Source of the DNA: Camelus dromedarius
Lineage: Eukaryota
Direction: 5' to 3'
Length of the DNA: 64,000 nt
Assembly: GCF_036321535.1 (NCBI RefSeq)
Contig: NC_087436.1
Span: 51,524,001-51,588,000 of the forward strand
The notes below the pieces were generated by a model that worked only from the letters and a program-made list of their open reading frames with translations, was not told where the DNA came from and ran no database searches. Position 1 is the stretch's first letter; every line of letters starts with the position of its first letter. A program made the translations under genes and the position numbers. Below are positions 1-13,489 of the stretch, piece by piece.

Positions 1-599
1 ATTTTTCAACTTAACCCCCCCCCCTCAGATAATGTCAAAAAGCCTCAAAAATTTACTTTGACCAAACTTGAACAGATAAATCAATGGAGATATGACATTA
101 ATAAACAGGCAAACAAATAAACAAAGCTTTTCTAGTGTCAGCATTAGATACAGCAATCATAAGAATCATGTCTTTTCTCACTTTTACGTCCCTTTGGCAA
201 TCATTTTGTAACAACTTACTGTTAAATATGTAGTAAAGTAAGGCAGTTTTGAAACAAATACTGCACTAACATATTCAAAGAAATGTCTTTCAAAAAAAAC
301 CTTCTCTAACTGATGCCATGATTTCCCCCCACATTCTGGGAATTACTGTTTTGGGTTGCTTTAGATGCTAGTTTCCAAGCTAGACGACAGACTTAATCTC
401 TTCGTTTTATGTTCATTTGATTTTTTTCCTTTGAGGTCCTTCCCTTCTTTGCCCTGCTCTTTCGACTTCAGTCAAAAGCAGCACTACTTAGTGACGAGTC
501 CAATAACCTTCTTAAAAAGGGCTGTGCCTGAGCGATAGGAAGCCAGTGACTGTGGGAAAAAGGGGTCACTTGAGGTTGGATGGGAAACTTAATGTATCA

Positions 600-1810
600 G
601 ATTCTTTCACTCAACAAAATATGTATTGAGCATCCATGTGTCTGCAGTGCAGTTGGTTCTGGAGATGAAACAGGGAACCCATAGCATCTCTGCCCTTACT
701 AACCTTGGAGTCTAATGAGAGGGAGATAATGAGAAGTAGATAATGAGGGGTAATTTGAGAAATATCACACACATAGATGTCAAATTAGAATGTGATTAGT
801 GTTGCAAAGAGATATACAGGGAGATGTATGGATCAGGGAAGGCTCCACTGAGGAAAAGATGCTGGATTAACATTTGCAGGATGAATTAGACTTAACAGGT
901 GAAGACAATGATAGGGAAGGTGGAAGGGAAGAGTGTTCAAGACAGAGGAGTATATAGAAAGGCAGGCCCTGTGGCAGGAGATTAGGACTAAAGGCTCAGG
1001 AACCAAAAGCAGACCAGTGTTTCTGAAGTGCAGAGGTGAGGAAGAGGACAAAGATCAAGCTGGAGAGAGAGAGGGACAGTGTCTGCGAGGCCATATTCAT
1101 GTTAAAGATTTTTTTAATCCATACAATGACTGGAATCTATTGAAGTGTTTGAGCAGGAGAATTACATGCTGAGGTCTTTGTTTCTAAAGAACCTCACAAA
1201 CCAGGGACTTGAGATAAGGAGGATGTGCGCAGGAACACACGGGAGGGGCCTGGGTAGGAGGCTATCCTAGCCATGCAGGCAACAGGAAAAGCAGTGGACT
1301 AAAGTGCTAGAACTGGAGAAATGGGGAGATGAGTGAGCAATGTTCAAAAAGTAAAACTGCTACGGCTTAGTAATGGATAGAACCTGTCGGGCAAGAGAGT
1401 ACAAGGCACTGGGGGGGCTCTTAGGTTTCTGGCTTTTAAACTAGACTGATGAAATGTCATTTCCTGAGTCAGAGAACAGTGAAAGATGGGCTTAAAGGAA
1501 ATCCACCTTAATGAGATAACCTGCAGAGGGAGTATTTATCCAAAAATAAAAAAAAAAAAGGTGCCTCAGCATCAAAATTTGACTTATTTGAAACTTTATT
1601 TTCTAGATCTAGAAAGAAGAGATTGCCAAGGATACTGACAAGGAAATGCAAAGGGTGTAAGAAGAAAACCAGGTACATGTGTCTTCCTGGAAGCTAAGGA
1701 AAACATTTATGTCAAGAAAGTGAGTTTGATCAACGGTGTTAATGGCTGCTGAAAGGTCAAGTTAAATTGAATGAAAAAAATGATCATCAGATTTGTTGGG
1801 AGGAACTTGA
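600..1810 (-). mobile_element. Decayed LINE-2 fragments
   Basis: Begins with the antisense L2 3' end (cactcaacaaaatatgtattgagcatcc...ggttctggagat), followed by typical purine-rich antisense L2 sequence. Boundaries approximate. Confidence 0.6.
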
Positions 1811-3020
1811 GCATAACTGACATATATTTGTCTGTGTGTTGCTACTTAATAAGACTGATAAGACTAAATGGCTGACCTCTGGGAAAAAAATAATAAATTC
1901 CTAGAAGCTGAATTTTCCTTGTCAAAGATTTCTCTTACTTCATTTCCTGTGTCTTGATACTGTTTAGTGTAGCAGCATATTTCATGCATGCTAACACAAT
2001 TTAGACTTCCCAAATTATATTCCATTTTATTTCTTTATCTTATTGCTGATACTATAAACATTATCAGTAAAGAGACCCACAAGAAGGCACAATGACTTTT
2101 AGCAAATTCAAACAAACGTATTTTTGCCACAAGGTTTTTTGTCCTCTAATTTCCAAAGGGTTACTGATGATTTGGGGTTTGTTCCTATCAGAGCCAGGTT
2201 CTCTAATTTCCTCTAATTATCTTGTTATGAATACAAGCGATGAAGGAACATTGATAACTGTGTTTGACTTGTGCTCTGTTTTTCTGGATTGCTTAAAAAT
2301 GTTCCTTATAGTTGAAGATCTGAACCTTCTAAAGAACCAGACAGTAAAAGAGCAGACAGCTGTACTTGGATGGGGTTAGTTACAGGCAGCACTCACACCA
2401 GCACACAGACATCCTCTGAAAAGGTCAGTCAAAACCAGTCCCAGTGACAGGAAGAGAGGGGATGTAAGAAGCAAAAGAGAAGCTTTAGGATGGAAGAAAT
2501 AAAAATCAAAGGAAGTGTTTATTTCCACCAAGTGAGCAAAAACTAAAGATTAAGAAGTCATTAATAAAATATGTTCTAAACAGTAGCTAAACATAAGCTA
2601 AAACAGATGGGACCAGTAACCAGGAAAATGGACTGAGACGGTTTACAAGATAAAGAATTGTAGAGAAACAACAATATAGCTGTGTTAATGGCTAAGTACC
2701 TGCACTCAGAAGTTTTTTTTTTCTTAAAACAGCTGTGGTATCTGCCGTTAAAGTTTACTAATTTATCTGTTTTTCTCTGAGTAAGTGGATGGGTGTACTA
2801 AGTGGGATTATGCTCCTGTTTGATTCAATGATTTGTAACTGAGGTGAGTATAAGCATTAAGTCTGGACCACCCTCATCAGGCATCACTAACCTTTGCTTC
2901 ACCATTACGACAGGTGGAGATACAGCACAAAGGAAGTGCTGCTTATTTTATCAGTAACATACAAAGTTCAATAGATATGCCTTGTTCTTATTGGTCCATT
3001 CTAACAAGGAGTACAAACAT

Positions 3021-3096
3021 AAATCCCCAAATAAATGAATCTCCAAATTGTAAATCTCCAAATTGCAAAATCTCCAAAAATCAATCTCCAAATTGC
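3021..3096. repeat. Short minisatellite, ~15-bp unit AATCTCCAAATTG(C/T)A, about 5 imperfect copies
   Basis: aatctccaaa at 3038, 3053, 3069 and 3083, plus aatccccaaa at 3022. Confidence 0.85.
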
Positions 3097-5224
3097 ATTT
3101 TATTTGACTGTTCTTTCTCTGATTACAAGTCTTTCATCAGAAATATTGAACAAGTAATAAAATGGATCAAAGATACAGGAAGCTCACATCACTTCGTTCT
3201 TCTCTAGGGAAGAGGGGGGCTAAGAATAAATGCAAATAAAATGGAAATAAGGGCTACACGGAGAGTCCATGCATTTGCAAGTCAATCCTCTTTAACGAAG
3301 AACAGTCTTAATTCCCAACCTAAGTAAGTATTTTTTCTTGGCATACAATTATGAAATATTTGAGTTAGAAATGACCTTGAAAGTCGTATACTCTAGCTTT
3401 TTCATTGTTCACATGAGGAAATTCCTCTAGCATTAAGGAAAATGAGCTCTCGTGAAGTAAGTGATTGCTGATTCAGTCAAAGAATCTAACTCCTGCTCCT
3501 GCCCTGGCCAGAGTTATTTCTCTTATGCCACACTGACACTTTCCAGGAAGCAAAATGAAAGATATTGTGCAGCCTTTTGAAAGAGAGGTAAGATCTTAGT
3601 CATTTTTGAGTGGTAAATATTTCCTTAACATTCAAAAGAAAGGTAAGACTGAAATCTGGAATTTTACAGCTGTTAAAAGTCAGTAATGAAGTATGTTAAC
3701 ATGGAGTTCATGCCTAAGTAGGACATGAAGAAAAGTTCAGAAGCACAAATTCTTCACTTTTCCAGTATTATGGACCTCTGAGAGTTCTTTACTTTTATAA
3801 GCATCAGATTCATTTCTACAGTTTTATAAATAAATGTGTACTTTAAAAGGGCAGTTTTCATTTCTCTATCTTATTTATATGCATATACTATAGTTTTTTA
3901 CTTTTTTTTTCAAATAGCACTAGAAAGAAGTAATCATTATGTTGACCCATTTTTAAAGTAATAAGCGTCAGTTGTGTTGCATGTGTCAGGAACCAGTTGT
4001 GTGAAGTCACTGCGCATGCAAAGATAAAGAACACAGTGCCCATGCCTTAAAGAAGGGGCAGTGGGGGGAACTGCCACAATGTTCTAGAAGAGGGAGCAAT
4101 CCTGAGGCTGGAACACAGGAGCCACAGAGAGAGCTGAGAAGACAAGGAGGCAAGCTGTAGCAGGAGCTGATGTCGGAAACAATTTGTGACCCTTAAGTCT
4201 TGTGTGTCATTCACAGGAGTTTGGACCTTACCCTGTGAGCACTGGAAGTTTGTAGCAAGGGTCTGTCTTAGGTAACACTGGCGTTATGGTGAACTATAGT
4301 TTAGAAACCAGGTACATTTGTACCTCTTTTCAATAGGAGCTGATGAAAAGAGGAAGGGAAATGTCCATTAGTCATTTGAGGGTGAGAAGGACCTAAAAAA
4401 AAAAAAATTACTGGAAGGCCTGGGAGTTCCCAGTATCTCTCAGAAAGGGAGAAGCCCCTGAGAACTTTTAAGGGAGACAACTGCTAGAGCTTGAGTTCCA
4501 ATTTCATGAAGAAACCAGCCTTTATGGGAAATTCCTCATGATATGAGTTCCCTCAGTCCATATCTCCCCTCGCCCCAACCCCATCTGGCTTCACACAGCA
4601 TTAAATTTTGCAGGCAGTACACCAAAGATTGAGTGATATAACAATTCAAGAAAAACTGGAAATAAAGAGCACCTAACATGAAGATGAATGTAAGATTTCA
4701 ACAGGTATAAAGTAAAACCTGTAGGATGAAAAATACATGCAACACAAAGATACCTTTTTACCATTAAGAAATACAATTAATAAAAATTATTTGGTCCCAT
4801 TTCAAAAACTCTTTTAATAAATAGGACCCTAATGTTTTGATCATAATTGCTATGTTCTTTAAGCATTTTGAGCAAATCTGGTTTTTATATTGTATCTGGT
4901 TGTTCTTATACAAAGTTAACTTTATTGTTGCCCCTAGACACTTGTAAGTAAGATGGAAGTCTTAAAGGTATTAATGATCTCAGTTAAATAGGAATTACTA
5001 GTTTTTCTAACACTAGTACCTGAATTCTAATTATCTTCCCAAATTGGGCTTTGGATTTTTCATCTGAATTGCTCTTCAAGTCACTGTTTTAGGTGATGCT
5101 CTGGAAACTGCACCTTTATGAGGGTATGTGCTGGGATTTAGTACCTATCCAAAAAAGGCGAAATGATTTAGGAAGCAGATAATTAAGCTGGTTTAGGTAA
5201 ACTATTCTATAAAACCTAATGGAG

Positions 5225-5490
5225 ATCATTAAAAATAAACTAAGAAAACCAAGTTTCTCATTATCGTTTTTCTCAAATTCACAGAATAGCCATTGTGCTG
5301 TATGCCCAATAGCTTTTAAATGATACTAGAAAGTCTCTTACTACAAATTTGAGGATTATTAAAAAATAAAACTCACAGATTCCTTATTATTATTCCTTTC
5401 CTCAAATTTACAGAATGTTCATGTATTATATGTCCAATAGCTTTTAAATGATTACAGGAAGTATCTTATTACCGATTTTAAGGATTACTT
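5225..5490. repeat. Diverged tandem duplication, period ~129-130 bp
   Basis: ctcaaatt(c/t)acagaat at 5272 and 5401; ccaatagcttttaaatgat and aggatta(t/c)t occur in both copies. Confidence 0.85.
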
Positions 5491-8166
5491 AGATCACATC
5501 TGCCATTAAAATTTACAGGAAAACTCAGGATAGCTCTTAGAGTATACCGTTTCAGTGGAGTAGATAGACTATTAAAAAAAATAACAACAACAAAAAAAAA
5601 ACCTGTGAAGTCTGCTGGTACATGTTCTTACAAATACACAGTAACTATGGTGAATAAAATTACAATGTATGCTGTTCTTTGAAAAGAGATGTTCAGTGGA
5701 CTATCTGTGAAATACTCAAATCTCCCAATTGAAGTGGCAGAGCAGCACATAAAAGAAACAATTACTGCAATGTTGTATGCTGGAGAGGAAAAGCACAGCT
5801 TATTACACAACTTTTAAAATATAATCTCCATGAGCCAAAAGCCTAATGTCATAAGGAACAACCAAATGCCAGCAAGGATAATAAGCACAGAGTGGGCTGG
5901 CACACCTCCTTTGAGACCACGTAACCCTAAAACACACCAAGGTTCCTTGGTGTCCATGCAGTTCCTTCTTTGTCATCAAGGGTGGAGTTTGAATTTCACC
6001 ATCTTGGTGAATTCATGGTAGGGATAACGCATGGGGTCCAGATGCCAGTGGGTGAGAGCCCCATGTCACACCTAGTCCAAGATGTGATGGAGACTGAATT
6101 GCACCTTCCCTCTGTCAGGGTTGTGATGGTGTAGCTCGGTCTGATCTGAGATCTCAGTCTCGGAATTTGTTTGATTTAACTCCACAGCACATCTAGGCTC
6201 CCTCTTGACAGCAGCAAAACCTCTAAACCTATCTTACACTGTATATATTAACCCTAATCTCTTAGTGTCTCTTGTCAAGTTGTGGTCTGCTGTCAACAGC
6301 TTAAATAAGTCTACCTCTCAGTATTCAAATCTCAGGTTTAAAGTGGCTTGTTTCTAAGCGTAAAACCCTGAATCAAGCTGTCACTGTTCAACATCCTTCC
6401 TTTCACTGGGCACCAGTGCTTGGCAGAGGGAAGAAACCCTTCCTTATCTCTCATTTCTGACACTGAGGGCAAAAATGAAACTAAGCATTTTCTAGTTACC
6501 TAAAAATTGTGCAAAAAAACCCCCACAATTTTTATTCATTCAAAGCTGTAGAAGAAATCATGGCTTGGATATCACAACATTTAGAAAAACCGTCCAAGAA
6601 TCATAAATTACATTTAAGTTTTACTATATACACAAGGTTTTTTTTCCTCCCCAAAGGCTTAACAACACAAAGATGTGTCTGGGGGACCACTTCACTTCTA
6701 TGCTAACTGAATACCAAAATGCAATACATCACCTCTATTAGTCTTTTTGTAATGATTAAAGATTTTTTAAAGTAGAGGATAAGGTAGACATGACACAGGG
6801 AAATGAAACTATCTGTATTTCAAACTATTACTTTTGTTGTTGCTTTGCAATTACAATATAGACGTTTTACTGAATGTCCTGACTCTCCAGATTGATAAAT
6901 GGTATTTTACTTCCTGTCCTTCCCTAAGACATTTTTCCCTTTTCCACTGTTCTAAAATATGTCATTCATAAAGGAGAACCCTAATAGAAAAATATGTCAC
7001 ACAAAATAAATAACAAAGCCTCAAATTCCAAACTAGTTCAAATGTATATAAGGCTTTAGGACAGCCTGTCAACATCACTATCACTGATAGTTTTGTTACA
7101 AGTCTTACGGAGTGCTTTGTGGTAATCTGAAGACCCAATGTCCAATTCAACTATCTCTCTCTTAGCCTCTATTCTACTCTCTCCCTCCCTGGAGGGGTGA
7201 AAAAAAAAAAAAAAGGAATTAAGCAAGGTTAAAATTCTAATTATCAAGTAGCTATGAAAAGAAAGGAATTTATTTCACTCTGAAAATTTGATGGAAGAAG
7301 CACAGAAAGGATCAAAGTTCCACAGTAAACAAGCTTTCTCTTTACTGAAAGTGGGTCAGGTAACAACAAAATAAAGCCAAATGTAGAAATTAAACTAATG
7401 GCTTAAGATTAATCAAAATATAATTGTTATATTCTAAGTCAATGAGGGCAAGGCACTCACAGTACTTACTTGTTACCGGAAAATGTCTCAATCAAGGGCC
7501 TTAGAGAGGAAGAGAAACTCCTCACCAAGTCACCATTGCTGAGTAATACTTTGTTACACGAGAGAAACAACCTGGGGCTTGAAAATGTCTCTTTGCCTAG
7601 TTCCCAGAAAAGTTCAGTATTTCTGGAATTTCAATATACAGTGTTCATTTAAAGCAGTCACTTTCAGTATCAGACAACAGTGATACATGAAACTAAGAAA
7701 AACATACACTGAGCTTGGAAATTTCCTCATGGAAATAACAATTTCTAGATTAACACCACATACTTCCTTTTTGGTGGTATTCTTGATTTGTCTGATTCCT
7801 TAAACTGAAAGCTTCTTTTATCTTGTTTTGCCCACATCTGGGCAAAGAGGAAATTCATGTTTTAAGAGTTCTCTTTAATCCTTCTGTCTTTCTTTATCTG
7901 GTCGATAACAGCTTTAAAATGAACTCATCACAACAGCTTTTTTGTAATGGATAATCTGTCTCCCAGTGACATTATCTGGAAAGACTAGACTTAAGCAAGC
8001 TAATTCATCTACATCTCTGCACCATGGAGGTCAGTTTCTTTTTTTCCTATTGATCAGTAATTCATTCTTATTCAAGCAACATTCAGACTTTAAATCAAAG
8101 TAAGCATTAGTTTATCCCACATTAGCTCTTTAGCTTATTATCAATTTCATGGAAACATCAGCTTAC

Positions 8167-8306
8167 CTGGCACACACCATCTTCTGGACCTGCCACTTCC
8201 AATAGGCATTTCATAGCCTTTGCTGTTGTATAGTATTTAATCTCTGTTGTGGCCTTAATGATTCCATCACAGTAGACACTGACATTGACGGAGCCAGCAG
8301 GAAAAT
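8167..8306 (-). CDS. BANK1: BANK1 coding exon 5 (140 nt, DBB region); absent from the supplied ORF track
   Basis: Read by hand: (D)FPAGSVNVSVYCDGIIKATTEIKYYTTAKAMKCLLEVAGPEDGVCQ. Acceptor ttgtgttttataag; donor CAG|gtaagc. In frame with exon 4. Confidence 0.95.
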
Positions 8307-11236
8307 CTTATAAAACACAAAGGGTAGTTAGGAGCTGAGTATATAAATGCACGTATCACATTATTATATCTCTTAGAGAATATGAAGGCAGGCTTTAAGA
8401 ATTTGTAACAATTTAAACTAACTTCTAGCACTGAATTGTTTTCTTTTTTATCCTTAGTAGTTAGAAACCAAAAATTGGATGTATAATTTTGGACTTAATT
8501 GCTTAAAAAAAACTTAAAAGGTAAAAACATATGCTACAATTATAATGAAAGCAAAGCACTAAATCTTTCCCCCTAACTTTTACCTTCCTTTTTTTGAAGT
8601 AACCTTTTATCACCTCTATGCAATGCTTTAGAATTTAGAACAATAAAGTCATTCATTAAAAGTTAGATATTTACTATTAATCTGAGGAAGAAAACTCCCA
8701 TTAATTACAGGGAAGTTTCTCAAAATTGTTTGGAAAAAGGAGTTGAGTTGATTGAAACTGCAGAACTTTTATTCAACTGATTACAATGAAAACCTTTGGG
8801 AAGGCAATGTTTAATGCTCCTCTGTTTAAGTACTATTTGCACCATCCATTCATCTAAAGCCTTTTTGTGAACAAGTTGTTCAAAGTGACGGATACACCAT
8901 GTTGTAAACTCTGCTGTAACCTACCAACAGAGTTAAAGTGCTCTCCAGGAAAGAATGACATTAAATAATCACTTCAATGGAATAGTTATTAGGTTTTATT
9001 GTAACAAAAGTAAGCAAAACTTAGCTCTTTAAATTCATTTGCCGAACATACTTTAAAAAATTTACTCTTTGTCACAGAGCTATTTCCCAAATTCTCCTGG
9101 AAAACTGTCACCCAAATATTTGGGGTGTGGAATAAGCCATTAAGTACAAGACCAAAAGCTACCTGATGAAACTCTAATAATTAAAAGTTCTTAATGTTTA
9201 AGCATTAATTTTACTTTATCTCCTGAAGAAGTTAAATAACCCTGATAATAGTGCTCAGAGAAATTCAAAGCCAACAATCTTAACTTTAACTAGATCAAGA
9301 AGTTGAATTTCCTCCTCTCATATTGCTTGATCAGATAGTTAACCTGTATTATAAAGAAAATGTATGTAGAAAAGTTCTCTCTTCCAAAAGTAAGTATTCA
9401 TGCAATAGAGAAAGTAAGAGAAATCTTAAAAACACTGAATGTTGTAATGCACACCTCATCACTACAGCTGTGTATGTATATAAAGGGGGTGTGGAGTTAC
9501 TGGAGTGAAATGAAATCAAATTCAGTTGATTTCATAGAGATGATTTTAAAGAAAATATTGATTTTATCAGAAAAGAGATTAAGAACTTTACCATGAGGTG
9601 TTAACTTTCTGAAAGAATGTCAGGTGGTAAATCATGAAAGATACACAGCGAGACTATTTGCTTGGTAGTTCTCTGATACAGGATACTTAAGATATTCTGA
9701 TTTATTTAGAATTTAACATGAGAATGAACTGATTGACTTCTGATATCTTGAGTCACAAGTTGACTCAAAATTTTACCATTAGCTCTATGGATAATGATGT
9801 TGATTTCAGAGTAATCCTCCAGTGTGGCCATTTGAAGTACTGTCTTTGCTGTGCATATTTTCATATCTATCGAATGTCATTTATTAAATCAAGACCTAAT
9901 TATTGTTTCCACCTACATATGAGGAAGGACTCTTATGGATTCATCTGGTTGGGAGACCCTCCTTAATAACTTTATAATTGAATTGCATTTTTCATGACCA
10001 GAACTATGTACAGCTTGAGCGTTGTTTTACTTTAACTGTGTCACTATGCTGTCTACATTTTATAGTGCTTCAATTAAAAATTAAAACCAATTAATTTAAA
10101 GACTCAAATAGAAGAGAGAGATGGAACACCTTGCCCTCATCAGATGTAGATACACAATAAAGTACACTTACAGAAGAGCAGTGGTTAAAAAGGAACTCTA
10201 TTTAAGTTTCAAATCTCAAGTTCTAGGCCATGAAGGACCTTTGTCAACCCTTCCTGTCTCCAGGATTTAATTGGTCTAACCTTCCAGGTGAGGGACAAAC
10301 TTAAGTAATTTATGGAAAATATAATCCAAAGATATTTCTGAATAGTCAGAACTACAGTCACTATTCCATAAAAATATATATGTCACAAATACACTAACTT
10401 TAGAGTTTTTCTGCTTTCTATTTTCATGTGCCTGAGAAACTGTGCTCCTTTACCAACCAATTTTAGCCCTTTACAACGTAGTAAACCTTACCTGAACCCA
10501 CCTAAATTTCCATGGGAACTGAAATCAACATAACTCTCATTGATTAGAACATTATTATTAAATAGATATTGGTGGCTTTAAAACCTTGGTCATGTCTAAA
10601 AGTTAATATCAAGTTTAATAATATATGTTAAAATTATCTTCTTGAACTATATTTAGAAAAATTTCTTAACTGTTGTTATTTTTATGAGCATGTTCTACAT
10701 AATATTTAGCACATCCTAAAGTATTTTTCTTGCTTTTTAAATGAAATATGAAGTTATAGTTTACATTATCCAGAACATAGTTTCTTAATTAATAAAGAGA
10801 TTCTTTATCTTTGTGGCTACATTTTACATTCCTTTCAACTTTTAATTGGTTATCCCCCTGCTGTGTAAAATAGTTTTCTGCCTGAGTTGCAGGTACCAGA
10901 GGAATACTCTCCTCCTTCTGGGTGAAGATTAATTAATACTTCTAGTTTAAAGCCTTTAAATATATTTCCATAAGTTTTGGCATAAACTTGGACTATAGGA
11001 ACTTCAAATTCCTCTAACACAAAACAGTCCTTGTCAGAGACAAACCTGTGGACACCATTAGGAAGGTGAGGTTTTTAGAAAACAAAGTAATAATGACTAT
11101 ATCGAGTTATTGCCCTGAAAGAAAAGGGAAGAAGGTAAATTTAGAGCATATTTTCCCAAACGAAAAAAATCAGGTAAAGATGTGGAATTGCATCAGAAGA
11201 GAAAGACACCACTTAGCTGACTTCAAGCTACTAAAA

Positions 11237-11585
11237 TGTCATGGACAGAACTGTGTCCCTTAAAACTCACATGTTGAAGCTTTAACCTCCAGGCCAACTG
11301 GAGACAAGATAAGGCCTTTAAGAGGTAATTAAAGTTAAACTGAAGTCATAATGATGGGGCCCTTATCTAATAGGCCCAGCGTCTTTATAAGAAGAAGAGT
11401 CACCAAAGAGCATATACATAGAGAAAAGGCCACATGAGGACAGAGCAAGCAGGTGGCCATCTGCAAGCCCAGGAAAGAGGTCTCACCATAAACCAACTTC
11501 TGGCCCCCTGATCTTAGACTTCCAGCTTCCAGAAATGTGAAATTATCCAGTCTTTGGCATTTTGTTATGGCAGCCCAAGTGAGAC
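11237..11585 (+). mobile_element. MaLR LTR (MLT1A/B-like)
   Basis: Starts tgtcatggacagaactgtgtccc; contains aggtggccatctgcaagcc, gatcttagacttccagcttccagaa and ggcattttgttatggcagccc. Confidence 0.85.
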
Positions 11586-11955
11586 AAGAGGGTAGGAGGC
11601 AGGGGCATGACCATTAAAAGAATGACACAGCCATTAGCACCAAGATGGCGGAAGATTAAACTCCTGCAGAACTTGAGCTTCACTATGTTATTATTATTAT
11701 TATATGCTCATTGTAATATATTAGCATGGTAAATGGCACTCCCACAGGCACCATGGAAGTTCTGAGGCTGACTGTAAAAGGTCAAAAAGTGAATAGTGAC
11801 CCAGTTCCTGGGTATCCCAGCTCCTTCCCCAAGGTAGTTGGAATAATGGGAGCCCTCGTGGTTGCTCTCTCTCACCTTTGGAGACAGCCCACGCTCTGTC
11901 TATGGAGAGTGTATCTCTCTGAATAAATCTACCTTCATGCCTGGGACCTGTGACA
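11580..11955 (+). mobile_element. ERV LTR-like segment abutting the MLT1
   Basis: TG start, caagatggcg motif, and an LTR-like 3' part gtgtatctctctgAATAAAtctacctt. The 3' boundary is unresolved. Confidence 0.55.
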
Positions 11956-13230
11956 TGGCCATCCTCTCATGCTCCATGTTCCTGTATCACAAGAACAGTA
12001 ATATACAAGGTAATATCACTGAATATGAAGTAGGGAAGAGATGCATAGAACTGGCTTTTGCAATCCGATATGCACTGGTTCCAGCACACCTTGCTTCATC
12101 ACACTGCTTGGAATACAGGTATGATAGCAAAAGTCTTAGCAGCTATCTTGCTCCATCACGATCATGGCCACACCCTTGGGACTATGGAATGGTGACTAGA
12201 AATAAGCCTGCATCTTGGCCAGTATCGTGAAGATGCCACACCAGCTCACACCACCAGCCAAACTCAGTACGGGAAGCTCTGGGTATAGCAAAAGAGAACA
12301 TCTACAGAGAGCAAACCACATTTTAAGTCATGTGACTGATTACATCATGAGCAAGGTGATCAAAAAAGAAGTCATATGAGCAATTTTTCTAGACTGGAAA
12401 GAGACTGGACAGATGGAGGCCATCTCCTGAATCTGATGCATCATATATTCTTCAAAAACATCCCTGAGAGTGGGGAGGGTCCCTGGTATGTTTCCACTTC
12501 AGTTTTAGATCCCTCCATTTTAATTTGGTATTTAAGTAAGTATAGCAAACATTTTTCAAAGACTTAAATCCGTATAGACTATTATTAGATGGTATGAGAT
12601 ACTGACTGAGATCATTTCCTTCTCTGGATGTCACTGATGGGCACAAGGATTATACATGAGCTGACACAGAATTGGGAGCGCTCGTGAGTATGATTTCCCA
12701 AGGGTGAAAGGGGACACTTTCTATCAGGAGAGGGAAACAGATGACGAGGAGAAGAGCGGGAACAGCATGAGTACAATATTTATAGAGAAAGACAGACCCC
12801 TCAAGTCTCTTCCCTATAAGGAAGAGAAGGAAGTTTTTAGATGGTTTATTATACCCCATTCAGAAGCTGAATGTGGGTTATTCCAGACAAAACACTCTTT
12901 ACATTTAAGGGAATTGCTAGAGGGAGAGACTGACCCTTTGTTGATCATTTGGGTCTCAAAGTGTTGTCTTGTACCTTATCTCCCGTATCTCTAAGCAACT
13001 GAGTACTTGAAATGTGAATATTTTAGCTATTTTATCAACAAGAAAACTGACTGAGAAACTTGTGTCAAGTTAGTTGCTCAGTAAAGAATAAAGACAGCTC
13101 TCCTAGCCACCAGTTAAGTGTTTCCTCGGCTACGCCACAGATTCTGGACAGATCACTAGCCCATCAGAATGCACTGGGCTCTGTCTCTTACTCCATAATT
13201 GGTGTAGAAAAGAGAGCTCTACTGTGCTAC

Positions 13231-13386
13231 CAGTGCTGTCCAATCAAACTCCCTGAGAGGATGGGTATGTTCCAATGAAGCACTTGAAACATGGTTAATG
13301 CAACTGAACAAATGAAATTTAAATTTTATTTAAAGAAAGTTTAAATACCCAGATGTGGCCAGTGGCTACAACACTGGCGAGGGCAG
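13231..13386. mobile_element. hAT-Charlie MITE (MER3-like)
   Basis: cagtgctgtccaat...agcacttgaaacatggttaatgcaactga...atgtggccagtggctac resembles MER3. Confidence 0.7.
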
Positions 13387-13489
13387 CTCCAAAGATTGGT
13401 TTTTCCAGCTGTGGTTTGTAACCCACTAGCTATTCATGACATCAATTCAGTAAGCTCTAACACTGGAAAAAAATGAAAAGAAATAAAGT

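Noticed and set aside
1..8166. BANK1 exon 6 or later
   Set aside because: I found no BANK1-like coding sequence with splice sites here; intron 5 appears to run past the window edge.
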